Of a stretch of 64,000 nt of DNA, positions 1 through 12,752 are shown piece by piece. This DNA is from Basidiobolus meristosporus CBS 931.73 (taxonomy: Eukaryota; Fungi; Basidiobolomycota): assembly GCA_002104905.1 (NCBI GenBank), contig MCFE01000146.1, positions 1 through 64,000 on the forward strand, written 5' to 3'. The translations under genes and the position numbers were made by a program. The first letter of the stretch is position 1. Every line of letters starts with the position of its first letter. The notes under the pieces were generated by a model. The model did no database searches, had not been told where the DNA came from, and was given only the letters and a program-made list of their open reading frames with translations.

Positions 1-401
1 TTATCTAGAGATTCGTAGTTTGTTGCTTTTCTTTGTACCAGCCTACACTGAGCCGTAGACCAGGCTGAAATCATCATAGAAATTGAGAGCACTAGGTTCT
101 ATAGACATAATAGATACGAAACTTTGGTCTCGCCTCTCAATATCCGCTTACATCATATTCCCCAATCATAATAGGAGAGGGAGAGAATGAAAACTCAACA
201 TTTAACTAACTCGGCCCAGGCCATATTAATCAGCAAAAAACTGCGTACTCACCGACTCCACTCTTCCCACTCCCTTAACGAGCTTCGAAAAGGCACCGGC
301 CGCGTATTTTTTAGTAATACAGCTGGTCTACCATCAAACGATTACTTCACAACGCAAATTCGTCTCGAATTAATAGGTATTTCAACGATAACGCTCACTA
401 T

Positions 402-1172
402 ATGGTTTTTTCTATGGACTCGTCTCTTACTGTAATGTTAGAAATTGCTGAAGGGATAGTGAATACATTGTTCCAGTGTAATGGCCCTAGAGAGGACAAT
501 AACGACTATGAAACGCTTCCAAGACTCTCCGATTTTATGTTGAAAGTCATCCGACGAACCAACACTAGCCATTCCACACTCCTGATCGCACTCATGTATC
601 TGATTCGCCTGAAGCAAAGACACCCGGGGTGTAAAGGAACTTACGGTTCCGCACACCGGCTGTTGCTAGCGTCCATCATCGTAGCTTCGAAGTACCTTTA
701 TGACGATGCATATTACAATAAGACGTGGGCGTTAGTCAGCAATGGGATGTTTACTATTAAAGAAATTAACCAGATGGAGTTCGAGCTACTGTACTTCCTG
801 AATTTTAGATTACATATCAACACCGAACAATGGAACAATTTTGTGCGATTGATGGACGACAAGGTCACACGAATCTGGCTTAAATCCGGTCGACCAGATC
901 CTAATGGACTAGTTGAGAATGTATGCAGTAGACTCCAGGCAAGTAAGATCCACCAAAACGCTCTAGCTCAACAGCGCAAACTCTACACCCGCACTAAGAA
1001 GGCATCGGCGGCCCCACCGCAAGTCCCGCCAGGAAAATCTACTACGCTACCGGGCACTGTGGCGTCTTCGCGTTATCCTTTGCCCGACAAGGTTCACAAG
1101 CGCCTTAGCATGCCGGCACTGTCGCATGTATGGTCCCTCTTACCTCGATCGGTATATGTCACACCAAAGTAG
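402..1172 (+). CDS. Cyclin-box protein, PHO80/PCL-type (Pho85 cyclin family)
   Basis: 256-aa intronless ORF with Cyclin_N signature RLLLASIIVASKYLYDDAYYNKTWA...EINQMEFELLYFLNFRL. The start could be the second ATG at 414. Confidence 0.85.
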   Translation: MVFSMDSSLTVMLEIAEGIVNTLFQCNGPREDNNDYETLPRLSDFMLKVIRRTNTSHSTLLIALMYLIRLKQRHPGCKGTYGSAHRLLLASIIVASKYLYDDAYYNKTWALVSNGMFTIKEINQMEFELLYFLNFRLHINTEQWNNFVRLMDDKVTRIWLKSGRPDPNGLVENVCSRLQASKIHQNALAQQRKLYTRTKKASAAPPQVPPGKSTTLPGTVASSRYPLPDKVHKRLSMPALSHVWSLLPRSVYVTPK

Positions 1173-2612
1173 CAAGACTTGGCGGGGTATGCTGCTGCCA
1201 CACAAGCACTCGATCAACGAACCACCATTTGATGCGGACAAGTACGGCTACCTATTCTCTATTATTGAATTTTGTCCTACACCCGCACATATCCATCTAT
1301 TGTACATACTGCTACCATGTCCAAGATAAAGCAATCATTTCAAGTTATACGTCAGCCTGCCGGTGGCTCCCTTTGATCGGCTTTTTCACTTTCGGCCCTA
1401 GCCCGTCAACTATGCAATAAACGTTGTTAGGTAAGAAGCCATGCAATCCCCGTGGAGTCGAAATTCAATTCCCGATGCAGCCTGCTGAGAGCATGTTCTA
1501 TGGCACTTAATTGCTTGCATGGACACCTAATATGAGATGGTAGCTTGGTAGGGGCATGAAGGTGTTCACAATTTGGAATCAACAATCATGCTTGATATAC
1601 GCGTCACCAGGTACCAAACCAAACCAGTTGAGTGCAAGCGTAGCATACGTCATCCAGACGTTATGCTACTCGTGATCCCAAATCCAGCAGAAGTCCTACA
1701 TTTGACCTTGCACGCCAGCTAACTGGTGTTATGCCATGTTCTAGAGATAACTGAGTTACGTGGTTATTTATGTGCCGTCTGGTGATGTGATATTTACGTA
1801 AGAATCTATCCACTAAACCACAGATACGCGTTAACCCGTCGAAATATTTATGGTGGTGTTTGAAGACCCAGCCTCATGACCTGGTTTTCGGATCTTTTGC
1901 AACTGTTATGCATATGAAACCCCAATTTGGCCTGAGGCCAAAGGGGAGGCCAGCATATGGGCACTTATGCAAAATTCTAAACACGGCGATTGCAGACCTC
2001 GCTGGCACGAGACCAAGGTAAGAATGAGATCCAGTTTTTCCACAACACCATCGAGAAGATCTACTCTTGGGCTTGCTGACAGAACCATCACCAATCAAAT
2101 TGGGTTGGGCGCCAAGGACGCCCTAAATTTACAATGGCTGATCTGGGTGAATCAATATAAAAAGTTTAGTCATGGTTTTGGAATTCCATTTAATGGAGTC
2201 TAGCAAAACCATGAGGTCACCATTAGAACATTATCAACCCACTCTAGCTACCAAGATACTGGGTGGCTTCGGGTGACCTGGTTGTATTTACACCGTAGAG
2301 TGGTGGTTAGCCAGCTAAATATAGTTATGAGAATACTGCTCGAGGAGCCGAGACATCTACCAACCATGGCGCTGAAAGCCTGATTACTAGTCATTTGGGA
2401 GATTTTTATGTTCCTTGCCTAAAAGTACATATTAAAATCCAAGCGTCGCTCGATTTCGTCCATTCCACCAATGAAAATACAGTACGCCTCCCTCCATTTT
2501 GCTACCGATACGGGTACCATGTGGTTGAAGTCAATACTGGTATTCCATCCTACGCAAACCAGTCGATTCAAGCTCCATTAATCAACCAAAGCGCCATCAA
2601 CACTATGCATAT

Positions 2613-2638
2613 GGCTACGGCTACGGCTACGGCTACGG
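2613..2638. repeat. (GCTACG)n hexanucleotide microsatellite, about 4 units
   Basis: ggctacggctacggctacggctacgg read directly. Confidence 0.8.
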
Positions 2639-3031
2639 CCACTTTATTAATCAGGTGAAGTATGACATTGGTCCTAAGATGGTAATGATCATTTTTGAAC
2701 CAAAGGGGCACCATGTATATACAAAGTACTGGGGCAGTTGAGCAGATGAAATATGGAGATGAATTAACCGGATTAAATAGCTGGGTTTTAGATGATCGAT
2801 GGATATAGAATATGATTGTTACGGAATAGCCTATTTGCCTGTCCTCAAGTAAAAGTTGCATATGCGTCAATTATGTACAAGCGAGACTTCATAGGGAGAT
2901 GTTGAGTAGATAAGGCTGTGAAAGTATAACCCTCAATTATACAAAATGCTTATGCAAACCGGATAACCATTGGCGGTTAGTGCACTCAAGTGGATACCTA
3001 CTAACTCAAGTGGATAGCAGAACAAAAGAAA

Positions 3032-3883
3032 TCATTGTTCTGAATTAGCTTCGGCACGCGTCCGCCCATAAGGCTCCTCCACCTTTCTTCGCTCTTCTAT
3101 CGGCGCCATTAGCCCAGAGGATGAGCTTGATGCTTGTGACATCTCAATGCTAACATAGTTGTTGCTGTCGACTGATTGTGGTGGAGTGTTAGCCACTTGC
3201 TCCCTCAGATTTAAATTCGATCTTGCTCTGGTGGGCAATAGTGATGCATAGCTTGGTGTTAATAAGGGATTATGATATGCGGGTGGCTGAGCTGCAGCAG
3301 TGGCATATGTGGGGGGAGGAGGAGGTAGATACGTTGCTTCAACGTCCTGTCCCATTTCTACTCGACCCATTGATTGTTGTAGACTGACTTCCTCTCTATC
3401 GATGGCACGAATTCTATTTTTGAGAGTCTGAAAAGCATATTAGTAGGTGAAGTGTGATAAAGCATTGGAGTATAGATGTATACGTACAGCTATATATGCC
3501 AGGTTGAGAATCATAAGGATCATAGGAATGAAGACAAGCCACCACGGCAACCGAAGCGGGTCCACACCCAGAACCAAAATCAACACTACAAAGATTATCG
3601 ATACTCGCACAAACAAGCGTAGTCTAGCAGTAAGAATTTCGCGACTTGCTCGCAACATGACAAGTCTATCCCATAATGTTTGGTCACTATCAATTACAAG
3701 CACTGAGTTCCCAGCGTCTATTCTGCTCTGGGTGTCGGACCCATTGTGTGGCGAGTGGTGGCTTGTTTGTTCAGTTACTGTGCCGTTTTCCGGTTGAGAG
3801 GGCGACTGTTGATTTCTAGTTCTACTAAATGGAGCAACAAGGCGATTCGCTGGGCTTCGAACACTAGATATGGATTGGCCCAT
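3032..3883 (-). CDS. Two-exon membrane protein of about 263 aa: two TM helices, coiled segment and PY motifs; function unknown
   Basis: Intron 3487-3428 (GTACGT...CTAA...CAG, 60 nt) joins ORFs 3440-3883 and 3032-3370 in frame (YIA|TLKNRIRAIDREE...). Hydrophobic hairpin VSIIFVVLILVLG / WWLVFIPMILMILNLAYI; C-terminal PPPPTY and PPAY. Confidence 0.7.
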
Positions 3884-5159
3884 AAGGGGAATGTGTGCAG
3901 AAGTGTAATGTAGAAATACGATTCAAGGTCACAAATTGTGAGGGAAGTAAAACGTTAGAGAGAGAGAAAACACAACAAATGATGTGGCAGTAGGGTTGGA
4001 TGCGGCTTTATATGACTCCAGATATCGAGTCAGCCAATTAAAAGCTTGATCCGATTACCGTCTGTAGATAATCCGAGGACTTGTCGTATTATGCTCTGAA
4101 CCAGGTTGTTATAATAGGTTATTGAATGGTCTAAAATAAGCACTATATGTATGGAGATATTAATAAAACCTATCCATTCTGCCAAAGCGAGTGGAACCAC
4201 ACGAGCCTATTGCGGGAGCTTAACTCTGCTGGATTAGATCTTTTGGACAATTATACACCATTTTATTCTTGGCATCCAGAAGTGATTTATCGGCAAGGCC
4301 TTTGTCATCACTGACCAATGGACGATGGGCAATGAGACATGCTCACTTTCCAGTGACTGATTGTGCAAATAACAATTACACCAAGATTAAGCTTCTGTCA
4401 ATACATCTTTGTACTATGTTCGCATGAGATGGTGAGTAAATGCCCATGTGAGGAAGATAGATGCAAAGTAGATGACTGTAGAGCGTGTGCTTCTCTGGTA
4501 AATAGGTTGACAATCATTTACTGCAGAATCACGCCATAGAATTCGATTGTTTCCATGAGACATTGCCTATGATCTAGCCGATACAATCGTGAGAACATGT
4601 GTCGGGTACCTCGCTATTTCGGATTCATTGAGTACTTCACAATATAATTGCCAATTATTGAACAAAAGTCCCGACTGGGTGATTAGGGCTTCGACCGATC
4701 AGCAACCTAATATCTGTGATTATCCAAGTCTCAATCGCCAGAGAATTGGCTGGTCACACCCATGTTTCCAACAGCACATTGGTCGAATAAAAGTCCTACT
4801 CAGATAGTATCAATGGGAGTAGCGGCCTTCTCTGGTCGGGCTATCGTCCCTGGCTGGCAAAACGACCATATCCTGTTGATCGCTGATAAATCCCGATGCT
4901 CTATCAAGACGGCTGGTTGATCTGGTCACAAGGACTAACGTGATGGGATATGAATATTTATTTGCAGGCTTTACAACGAGGACCAATCGTCTCGTTACTT
5001 AAAGTAAGTCTAACTTCTGACTAATACAGTTTGCAATTGCCGTAAAGAGTGATCTATTTACAACAGAAGTGGTATATACACAGCGGTAGTGGTAGAGTCT
5101 GAGGCAGTTCGGAGGCAACCCAGTCGTTGTTGGGTATGGCCCAGGATCATGGAGCGCTT

Positions 5160-5782
<623 letters not shown>

Positions 5783-8700
5783 TTAATCAAGTTTCCGCGT
5801 ACAATCGTATTGCTGTAATATGACGGTTTGGCTACAAGCTAGGTATGAGATGGCTCATTTCTAACGGTGGCCTTGGAGTGGATTTATAAAGAATTCTCTT
5901 TTGCCATAAATGGATGGACAATATTGGCGTGGCCGAAGATCGAGCGTTACCTTGGTAAAAGTTCGATTTTCCGCTCCATCCGTGTCATCCTGAAAAATCC
6001 TCTGTAATAACTCGCCAATCAGTTATCAGATCTAGGTATGATAATTGCCTATATCTGCATCGATTCCCATCAAAACGGGATACACTTTGAATTCGTGAGT
6101 CAATAAATCGGAAATCTCGTTGCTATTATGGCCTCTAGATCCCAGGTGATACATATATAATTTAGTGCAATCGACCAATTCAAATTCGATTTGGCTGTGG
6201 GCCCATCATCTGTAGAGTGCTTAGCAAAAGCTCGATCTTGAGGACCAGTTGAGTTTACATTCTCCCGAATTCATTTACTAGTGGTAAGAGGAATCGCTAA
6301 TGACATAATATTGAGTGCTGAATGGCTTGGTTCGTCAGGGGAAGGGTGATATAATATGTGGGATAGTTGAGTACGAAATGTAGGAGCCGTATACAGCAAA
6401 CGTCCTGGCCTACATTAGAGCTACCCAACGATAAATCTTTTGCTTTAGTGCACAGCTGGGACGACAGGATTACATCATGATGTATCTCAAACCTTGTCTG
6501 TCGTATTGTTGATCAACGAATGTTGAGCTTGACCTCGATTCATAGGCCTCTTTCTAAGTAGCATATTTGTAATGGATGATCGAAAGACATGCGGCATGTA
6601 AATATAGGCTCAGCTCTCTAATGAGGAGGCTTCTAACATCCTCATAGACAGCTGTCGTCAGAGACAGTACAGATTTACCTTTGCCCAAGAATCAACACAG
6701 GTTCATCTGGTAAGCTGTAAACATAATGCAATGGACACTCTAATGTAGTCTTGGGGCATGGATAAGCTGACTGTAGTACTCCAGACACTACTTTCGTAGG
6801 GAATATCCAGTCATGTAATCAACTGTTCATCCATTTGCTTATACTATTCGATGGCAAAGCTATCTGCTGACGGCCGCGCTAGCATCCCGCAGAATACTAA
6901 GGAAATTATAGGTGTATACGAATATACCATTCTAATAAACACTCGGTGCTTGGGTCAATAAGCTATCTAAAACCCACTTGGCCCTGACAGTATATATTCG
7001 ATATGTGGGCTCTTATTTGCTGGATGGAATTCCCTTGCATGATGGCTGCAAATATAAATGCGTAGCAGATGGTTTCCATCAAGTTCGAAATGCATGACAA
7101 CCAATTGGGAGTGATTTTTGACTTTTCCTAAGCTACGTTTACATTGAAATATGAATGTTTATTTATTTAAAAGCTAATTCAAACTTCTGCCTAGATGTTA
7201 TTTACCCATTTCTGGTTACAAGGTGTTTCTGAATGTAGGGACTTACCTGGCAAAAACAGACGTCTCATCATGAGATGCCGGTACAACATGGTGAATGGCA
7301 GATTCCCTTGGTTCCAGACATCTGCAAGACTTCAGGGGGTGCCTCTCAAAGTAATGTTAGCAATGTATGGGTTGGACGTATCTTTGGAACTTGAGATTAC
7401 ATGATATTAGGATAAGGTTTCATGAGAATTAGTTTACAGATATAGATGGAGGTATCTGTTTAGTATCATGTTAAATTTAGCACATCACTATCATCTTAAC
7501 ATGTGGAAAGATTAACCCAACTCAGATTTAATTACCTCGCTACCAAAAGCAATTTCCTGTTAGATTAAATTGCCATTATTATCAGATATGCACGCAATTC
7601 AGTGTCAAAAAGCCAATAATACTGATACTGATATTCAATAGTCTAATATTGGCAATTTATTTGGATATCAATCTGTCTCAAATACCGAGTTTGTCGAAAC
7701 ATAAGACAGAGCATCTGACTGTTCCTAACTTGACATAGAGCCCAACCATGCCTCCATACGCACAAAGATACAATAGTGACAAATGCAAATGCAGAAAGGA
7801 TGGAGGAAGTTTCAAGCCTTGAGTATATATTTGCCTGACTTCCCCGACGCATTTGTATTTTGAGCTCTATAATGTTCTATCCAATCCAAAAATCCCAAGC
7901 ATTTAACCAACAAGGGAATAATGATTACCAGGTGGCTCCCAAGCCCCCCACTTCACCTGAAGCGCCTATATTTAGATGTGTTGGGAGGCAAGATTGGCAC
8001 TTGGCAGGTATGATGATAGCTGGGGCCAAAGGTTTTTTCACCTGGCTCTTTATTGGATTAGAATACAGCATTGCACTTTTTGCGGAGCGTTGTAGAACTG
8101 AATTCTGAAATGGTTTTGAAGGATCGGAGATATTTATGCAAAGCCTAGGGTCTTTCCTCATTATGCAGCATTTCTGAAGTGGAGGTAAAAAACCCTACAA
8201 GGTTTATTCCTAATTCATTTCTAACATATTAGGCAAGAGGGAAATCAAAATATGCTAATGATTAGGTGTAGCATTGTTTATTTACACCCCCTTGGACGTT
8301 CTACTCTCATGCTAGCTACAACAAGCTAAACAAGATGCAGAGGAACTCATGGTAAGAAGCACGAATGTACATCAAAGTCTACTTAGATCACAAACACATG
8401 AGAGCATCGAGATATCGGGAATAGTGTAATTCTGTATCACTAAGAAAGACACCGAACAGATGTTAGTTGATCTCGACTGATAAATGTAAAATTACTCCGT
8501 TGAAAAGAAATAATCGGATTCCCATTAGTAATTTCCGGAAGTTAGCAACAAGCTAATGCCATGGATGGGCTGCTGTCCATAAGTGAAACATAGAGGCACA
8601 ATCCTATCATGGTACGGTGTTTGGAAAGTGGTCACAATTGGAGGTGGCAGTCTGGTCTAAATGTCCCGGAGAAATATCAGAGCCATGTACACGTTCCCGA

Positions 8701-10243
8701 GGTAGGATTTGGCTCAAACTACCTCTACGGCATTAATTATTCTTATGGTTGCCACCTTGAATTACTGCCTGGTTTTAGTGATATGTATGTTGAAGAATAC
8801 AGACAGGATAGTCAGCAACCCAACGCCAGGCCTGTTACAACTTGCCTGACTGTAGCCGAATTGGATTTTCTTTCAGTCGAGTGCTCTGAAGCGATGTTAT
8901 TTTTTCTTCAAGCGAGGGATTACTGAGTAAATTGGTGATACACATACACCCACCGGGACTAGTTGTAGCCCATGGTTGTACATCATAGAACAATCCTTGG
9001 TTATCTCATCAATGCATCGCTCGTCACTATGCAGAGGGTCGGGTACCAAAACGCCGCTATAACCAATGATTTCACTTCCACACCACATGGTGTGTAGCTT
9101 TCTCGAGGTACATTGCTAATGATGGACGAGGTGATCCTTGTAAGACTGTCGCATTCGGTGACTCCCTGGATAAAAACTCATGTATAAATGGGTTAACCAA
9201 TTTAAGAAATCATAGGCGCTTGACTCCAACTTGCGTCTGACAAATTCGACCTAAGCTTGTCGACAGCGTACCTAAATTGAAGTACACTTGACTGACAGCG
9301 ACCACTGATCACATGATGAGCCGAGGACTGATCAAGGTATATTGGAGGTTATAGTGCAGTTGCAGTACCACTTCGGATCCGGTTTGTTGCTGGTTGCTGC
9401 ACGTACAATCCAAGCAATCATTGTCCACGTAAGTGTAATTTGGAGAGAATCGCTTTCACTGGTTTCAAGCTTCCTCTCACCCTCTCATTTGGTCCCCATA
9501 TACCACTGTAGAAAGCAATGCCAGCCGCCGTGCATCATCTCACTTCATGTGGCAATCTAACGTGGGTTTGCATTTAGGGGGCCAACATGCGCCCTATAAA
9601 GCAGAGAAAATCTCTGGGTTTGTGTGCCCAACACTATTTTCTGAATTTGGTGTGGTGTAGGAATATCGCTTGGGACCACGAACTTGATTGTCAATCAAGA
9701 CCATGTTTCCCAGTCAACCCGATAGCAGCTATACAAATGGAGCAGAGAGGTTGTCTCCGTTCTCTCAGTTAAGGTTAAATTGAATTCGACGAATCCGTGC
9801 TGGTATGTGCCGGTGGTCGCTAACAGAGACGTAAGGTTACCTCGAGATCATCCAAGCTGTACGTCCGGGTAATCTGTCCTACAAGGTGGCCGAATTGGTG
9901 CTAATATCTACCAATTCTAGTCGACACGTTAAAACCGGATTCCATCTTGATGGGGGCACGGAGCGCACTACGAATGGACATGCTACTAATCATGACTAAG
10001 TGCGCATTAGCAGTGGAAACTGTGATTCCCATCACCAGGCTCCAGTTTGGAATAATCTTTGCTCCAATTTCTTTGGAGATGGGCGTTTATGGCACAATCC
10101 TGAATTTGTGCCACAGGGCATCTCTGTGATGTTTCCGATAATGTGTGATATGAATGATTTCCCAGAGACCACTTGCTATTCAGAATGCGGCTGCATCGGT
10201 GTCCTTATAAAGGAGACCACGCCACGTCGCCAGTGAATGGAAA

Positions 10244-11578
10244 TTGATGATTTTTCTTTCCCGGATGGATTACAACATTCATGTTCACCAGATAGCGAAT
10301 ATGAGTCTACTAGCCATCTGGCTACTGTTCACATTCATATCCACGGCGATGTTTTTACGTAATCGAAACCACGAGATGATCAAGTATCGAAGCGCCATGC
10401 TAACCATCGGAAGTGTTGCCTCCCTTAATATCCTGATTTCATACTTGATCACCAAGATCACCCGGGCCAGATTCCTTTGCAACCTTGCGATTTGGTTTGT
10501 TTCCATAGGCGGGGTAATCACCATACTGTCGGTGCTCCTGAAGTATCTCAAGCTGGCCATCCTGTTCTACGCCAGTGAGGCGAAACTCCATGCGGTGCGG
10601 CAAAGCTATTCCCAAGGATCCAACACCAAGATGCACCAGTTCGAAATCAAAGATCCCGGCAACGAGCACTTGGAGCTTATATTCGATACGGACACGATAT
10701 GCAGGGAGGAGCGTGTTTTGAATCAGATCCAGCTATTTCGGTATCAAATTCGATTGCCTTCCAAGTGGATCACGTACGGACTGGGTGCAGCGATCACCAT
10801 GCAGGTGGCCATCACTCTTATCATGACACTAACACACAAAGAGATCCATGACATTGGCTCCTCCGAAGAGTGCTTCAACCATGTCACATTCCTTCCCTTG
10901 AAGATCATTTGCTCGATCTATGCAGCGGTCATTGGTTTTTTCTGCCTGTACATGCTTCATGGAGTTCACGACGCCTTTGGGATTCGCAAGGAGCTCGTAT
11001 ACATCATCATCACGATAGTGGTTCTGCTGGGGGCATTTGTTGTTTACAACTTCGTGGGGGTATTTAAGCCGTACCATTCTGTGTTTGCGTCCAGTTACTT
11101 GCTCATCCTAGGATTGATGATCATCCAGATCATCATGATTAACATCCCGTTGCTAAAGGTCTACCGGAACACGCGGAATCAATGGAACTTGGAGAAGGGC
11201 CAGATCGGCTTTAACGAGGTGGTGGAGGATCCGTTGTTGTTCGAGCAATTCAAAGACTTCACCGTCAAGGAATTTAGCATAGAGAACCCGTTGTTTTTCG
11301 AGCGGTGTCAGCGCATGAAAAAGCTCCCCACCGCCTTGATCAGAGACGAGGCCTTGGCAATCTACGATACTTTCATTGTCCCAGGGGCCGCTCTACAGGT
11401 CAACCTGTGCAATGCCGTCGTTAAGGAGATCACCTTCAAGATCGTCGACAACCAGATCGACGACACTGTATTTGATCCGGCCATACGCGAGGTGGCTGAG
11501 ATCATGATGCGGCACACCTTCCCTCGTTTCCTCCGCTCTTGTAAGGGCCAAAGCTTCAAGTTTGCTCAGCTGTTCTAA
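10244..11578 (+). CDS. 7TM-RGS protein (GPCR-like 7TM region fused to a C-terminal RGS domain; GprK/AtRGS1-type architecture)
   Basis: Seven hydrophobic segments, then RGS consensus FNEVVEDPLLFEQFKDFTVKEFSIENPLFF...IYDTFI...LQVNL...FDPAIREV...TFPRFL. True 5' end unresolved: the ORF start is a TTG and upstream exons are possible. Confidence 0.85.
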   Translation: MMIFLSRMDYNIHVHQIANMSLLAIWLLFTFISTAMFLRNRNHEMIKYRSAMLTIGSVASLNILISYLITKITRARFLCNLAIWFVSIGGVITILSVLLKYLKLAILFYASEAKLHAVRQSYSQGSNTKMHQFEIKDPGNEHLELIFDTDTICREERVLNQIQLFRYQIRLPSKWITYGLGAAITMQVAITLIMTLTHKEIHDIGSSEECFNHVTFLPLKIICSIYAAVIGFFCLYMLHGVHDAFGIRKELVYIIITIVVLLGAFVVYNFVGVFKPYHSVFASSYLLILGLMIIQIIMINIPLLKVYRNTRNQWNLEKGQIGFNEVVEDPLLFEQFKDFTVKEFSIENPLFFERCQRMKKLPTALIRDEALAIYDTFIVPGAALQVNLCNAVVKEITFKIVDNQIDDTVFDPAIREVAEIMMRHTFPRFLRSCKGQSFKFAQLF

Positions 11579-12752
11579 GCAGCAGTCGGCGTGTCCAGCT
11601 TGAGCATTAATGTATTTAAAATCCATAACCTAGACTAGTCCATCCGTTTTATTGTTCTCATCACTATTCCAATATTCCCAATAACCTTATCCATACCGAA
11701 TCCCACCTGGTGTCCGATTGTACATTTTTGTGGATTGTGCTAAGCCATTTGGATATCATTAAATGCTAATTTCAAGCGAGGCACGCATGGCTGCAGGCCC
11801 AGCACACGCGTTGTGCCCTTGTTGCCCATATATTGCCACACCCAGGGCGGACCGGTTTCCTTGCCACCTGACACCCTGCTCAGCCAATTGGCGTGGGGTG
11901 CGTCATTAACCAGGAATGAGGCAACCTTCTGCGCAGGCTTTGTGGCAACCTATCCAGTGAGCACAAGGTTTCATCGAAGGTTGGGACCCAACACCGCCGA
12001 GATCCCTCCAAGTTGGCAATGATGCAGGAGCCGAAACCAAGGTAAGTGTTTGATCAGGAGCAGTGCTCCCGGAACACGGTAGATTTCACATGGTATCCGC
12101 CCTCTGATCGACGTTCTTTTCACACCCACCGCTGGTATCAGGAGGGCACCATCGTGTTGGAGAAGCCGATTTCCTGTTGCGTCAGTGGGCAGCGAGATGG
12201 CCATCGTGGAGCAAATGAGAGGACTTCGTTTTGTTTGGCAAGAGACTGCACTCAGGTTAGCCACTCACCCCGATTCTAATCATGAGCATCGGATTGCTGG
12301 GCTTGTCCCTGCTTCATCCTAGCCAAGATCTGGAAGTCGTCTGCGTCGATTGACGCCAAACGTGGATATTCAGTGCAGACAGCCGCTCCCAGCGATCCGC
12401 ACCATCAAAACCGGCTTCCTGTGCCATCATGACAGAAGCTTGACACCCTAGGCTGGATGGATCACATGAGAGGGAGGTGTGGGGCCAAGGCCAATATCAG
12501 TTTAATCTAGAAAATATTATCTGAAAGCAATTGACTGATGCTTGCGCACCGTGGGATAAACTAGCATGAATTGACAGGTAAACAAAAAGCATGGTTTGTG
12601 TGAATAGATAAATATTTCGAAATAAAAGGGTTATCCATTGCAAGATAGAAATTAACATCTAAGAAACTATACTTCTGTACAACATCCACCTCCAATATGC
12701 GTAGAAATGGAATTACCATCAGCTTTCCGAGCCTGCCTGCTGGTAGCGGAGC

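Noticed and set aside
9886-9899. tRNA A-box-like GTGGCCGAATTGGT
   Set aside because: There is no B-box/TpsiC arm or cloverleaf downstream; no tRNA gene was found in the window.
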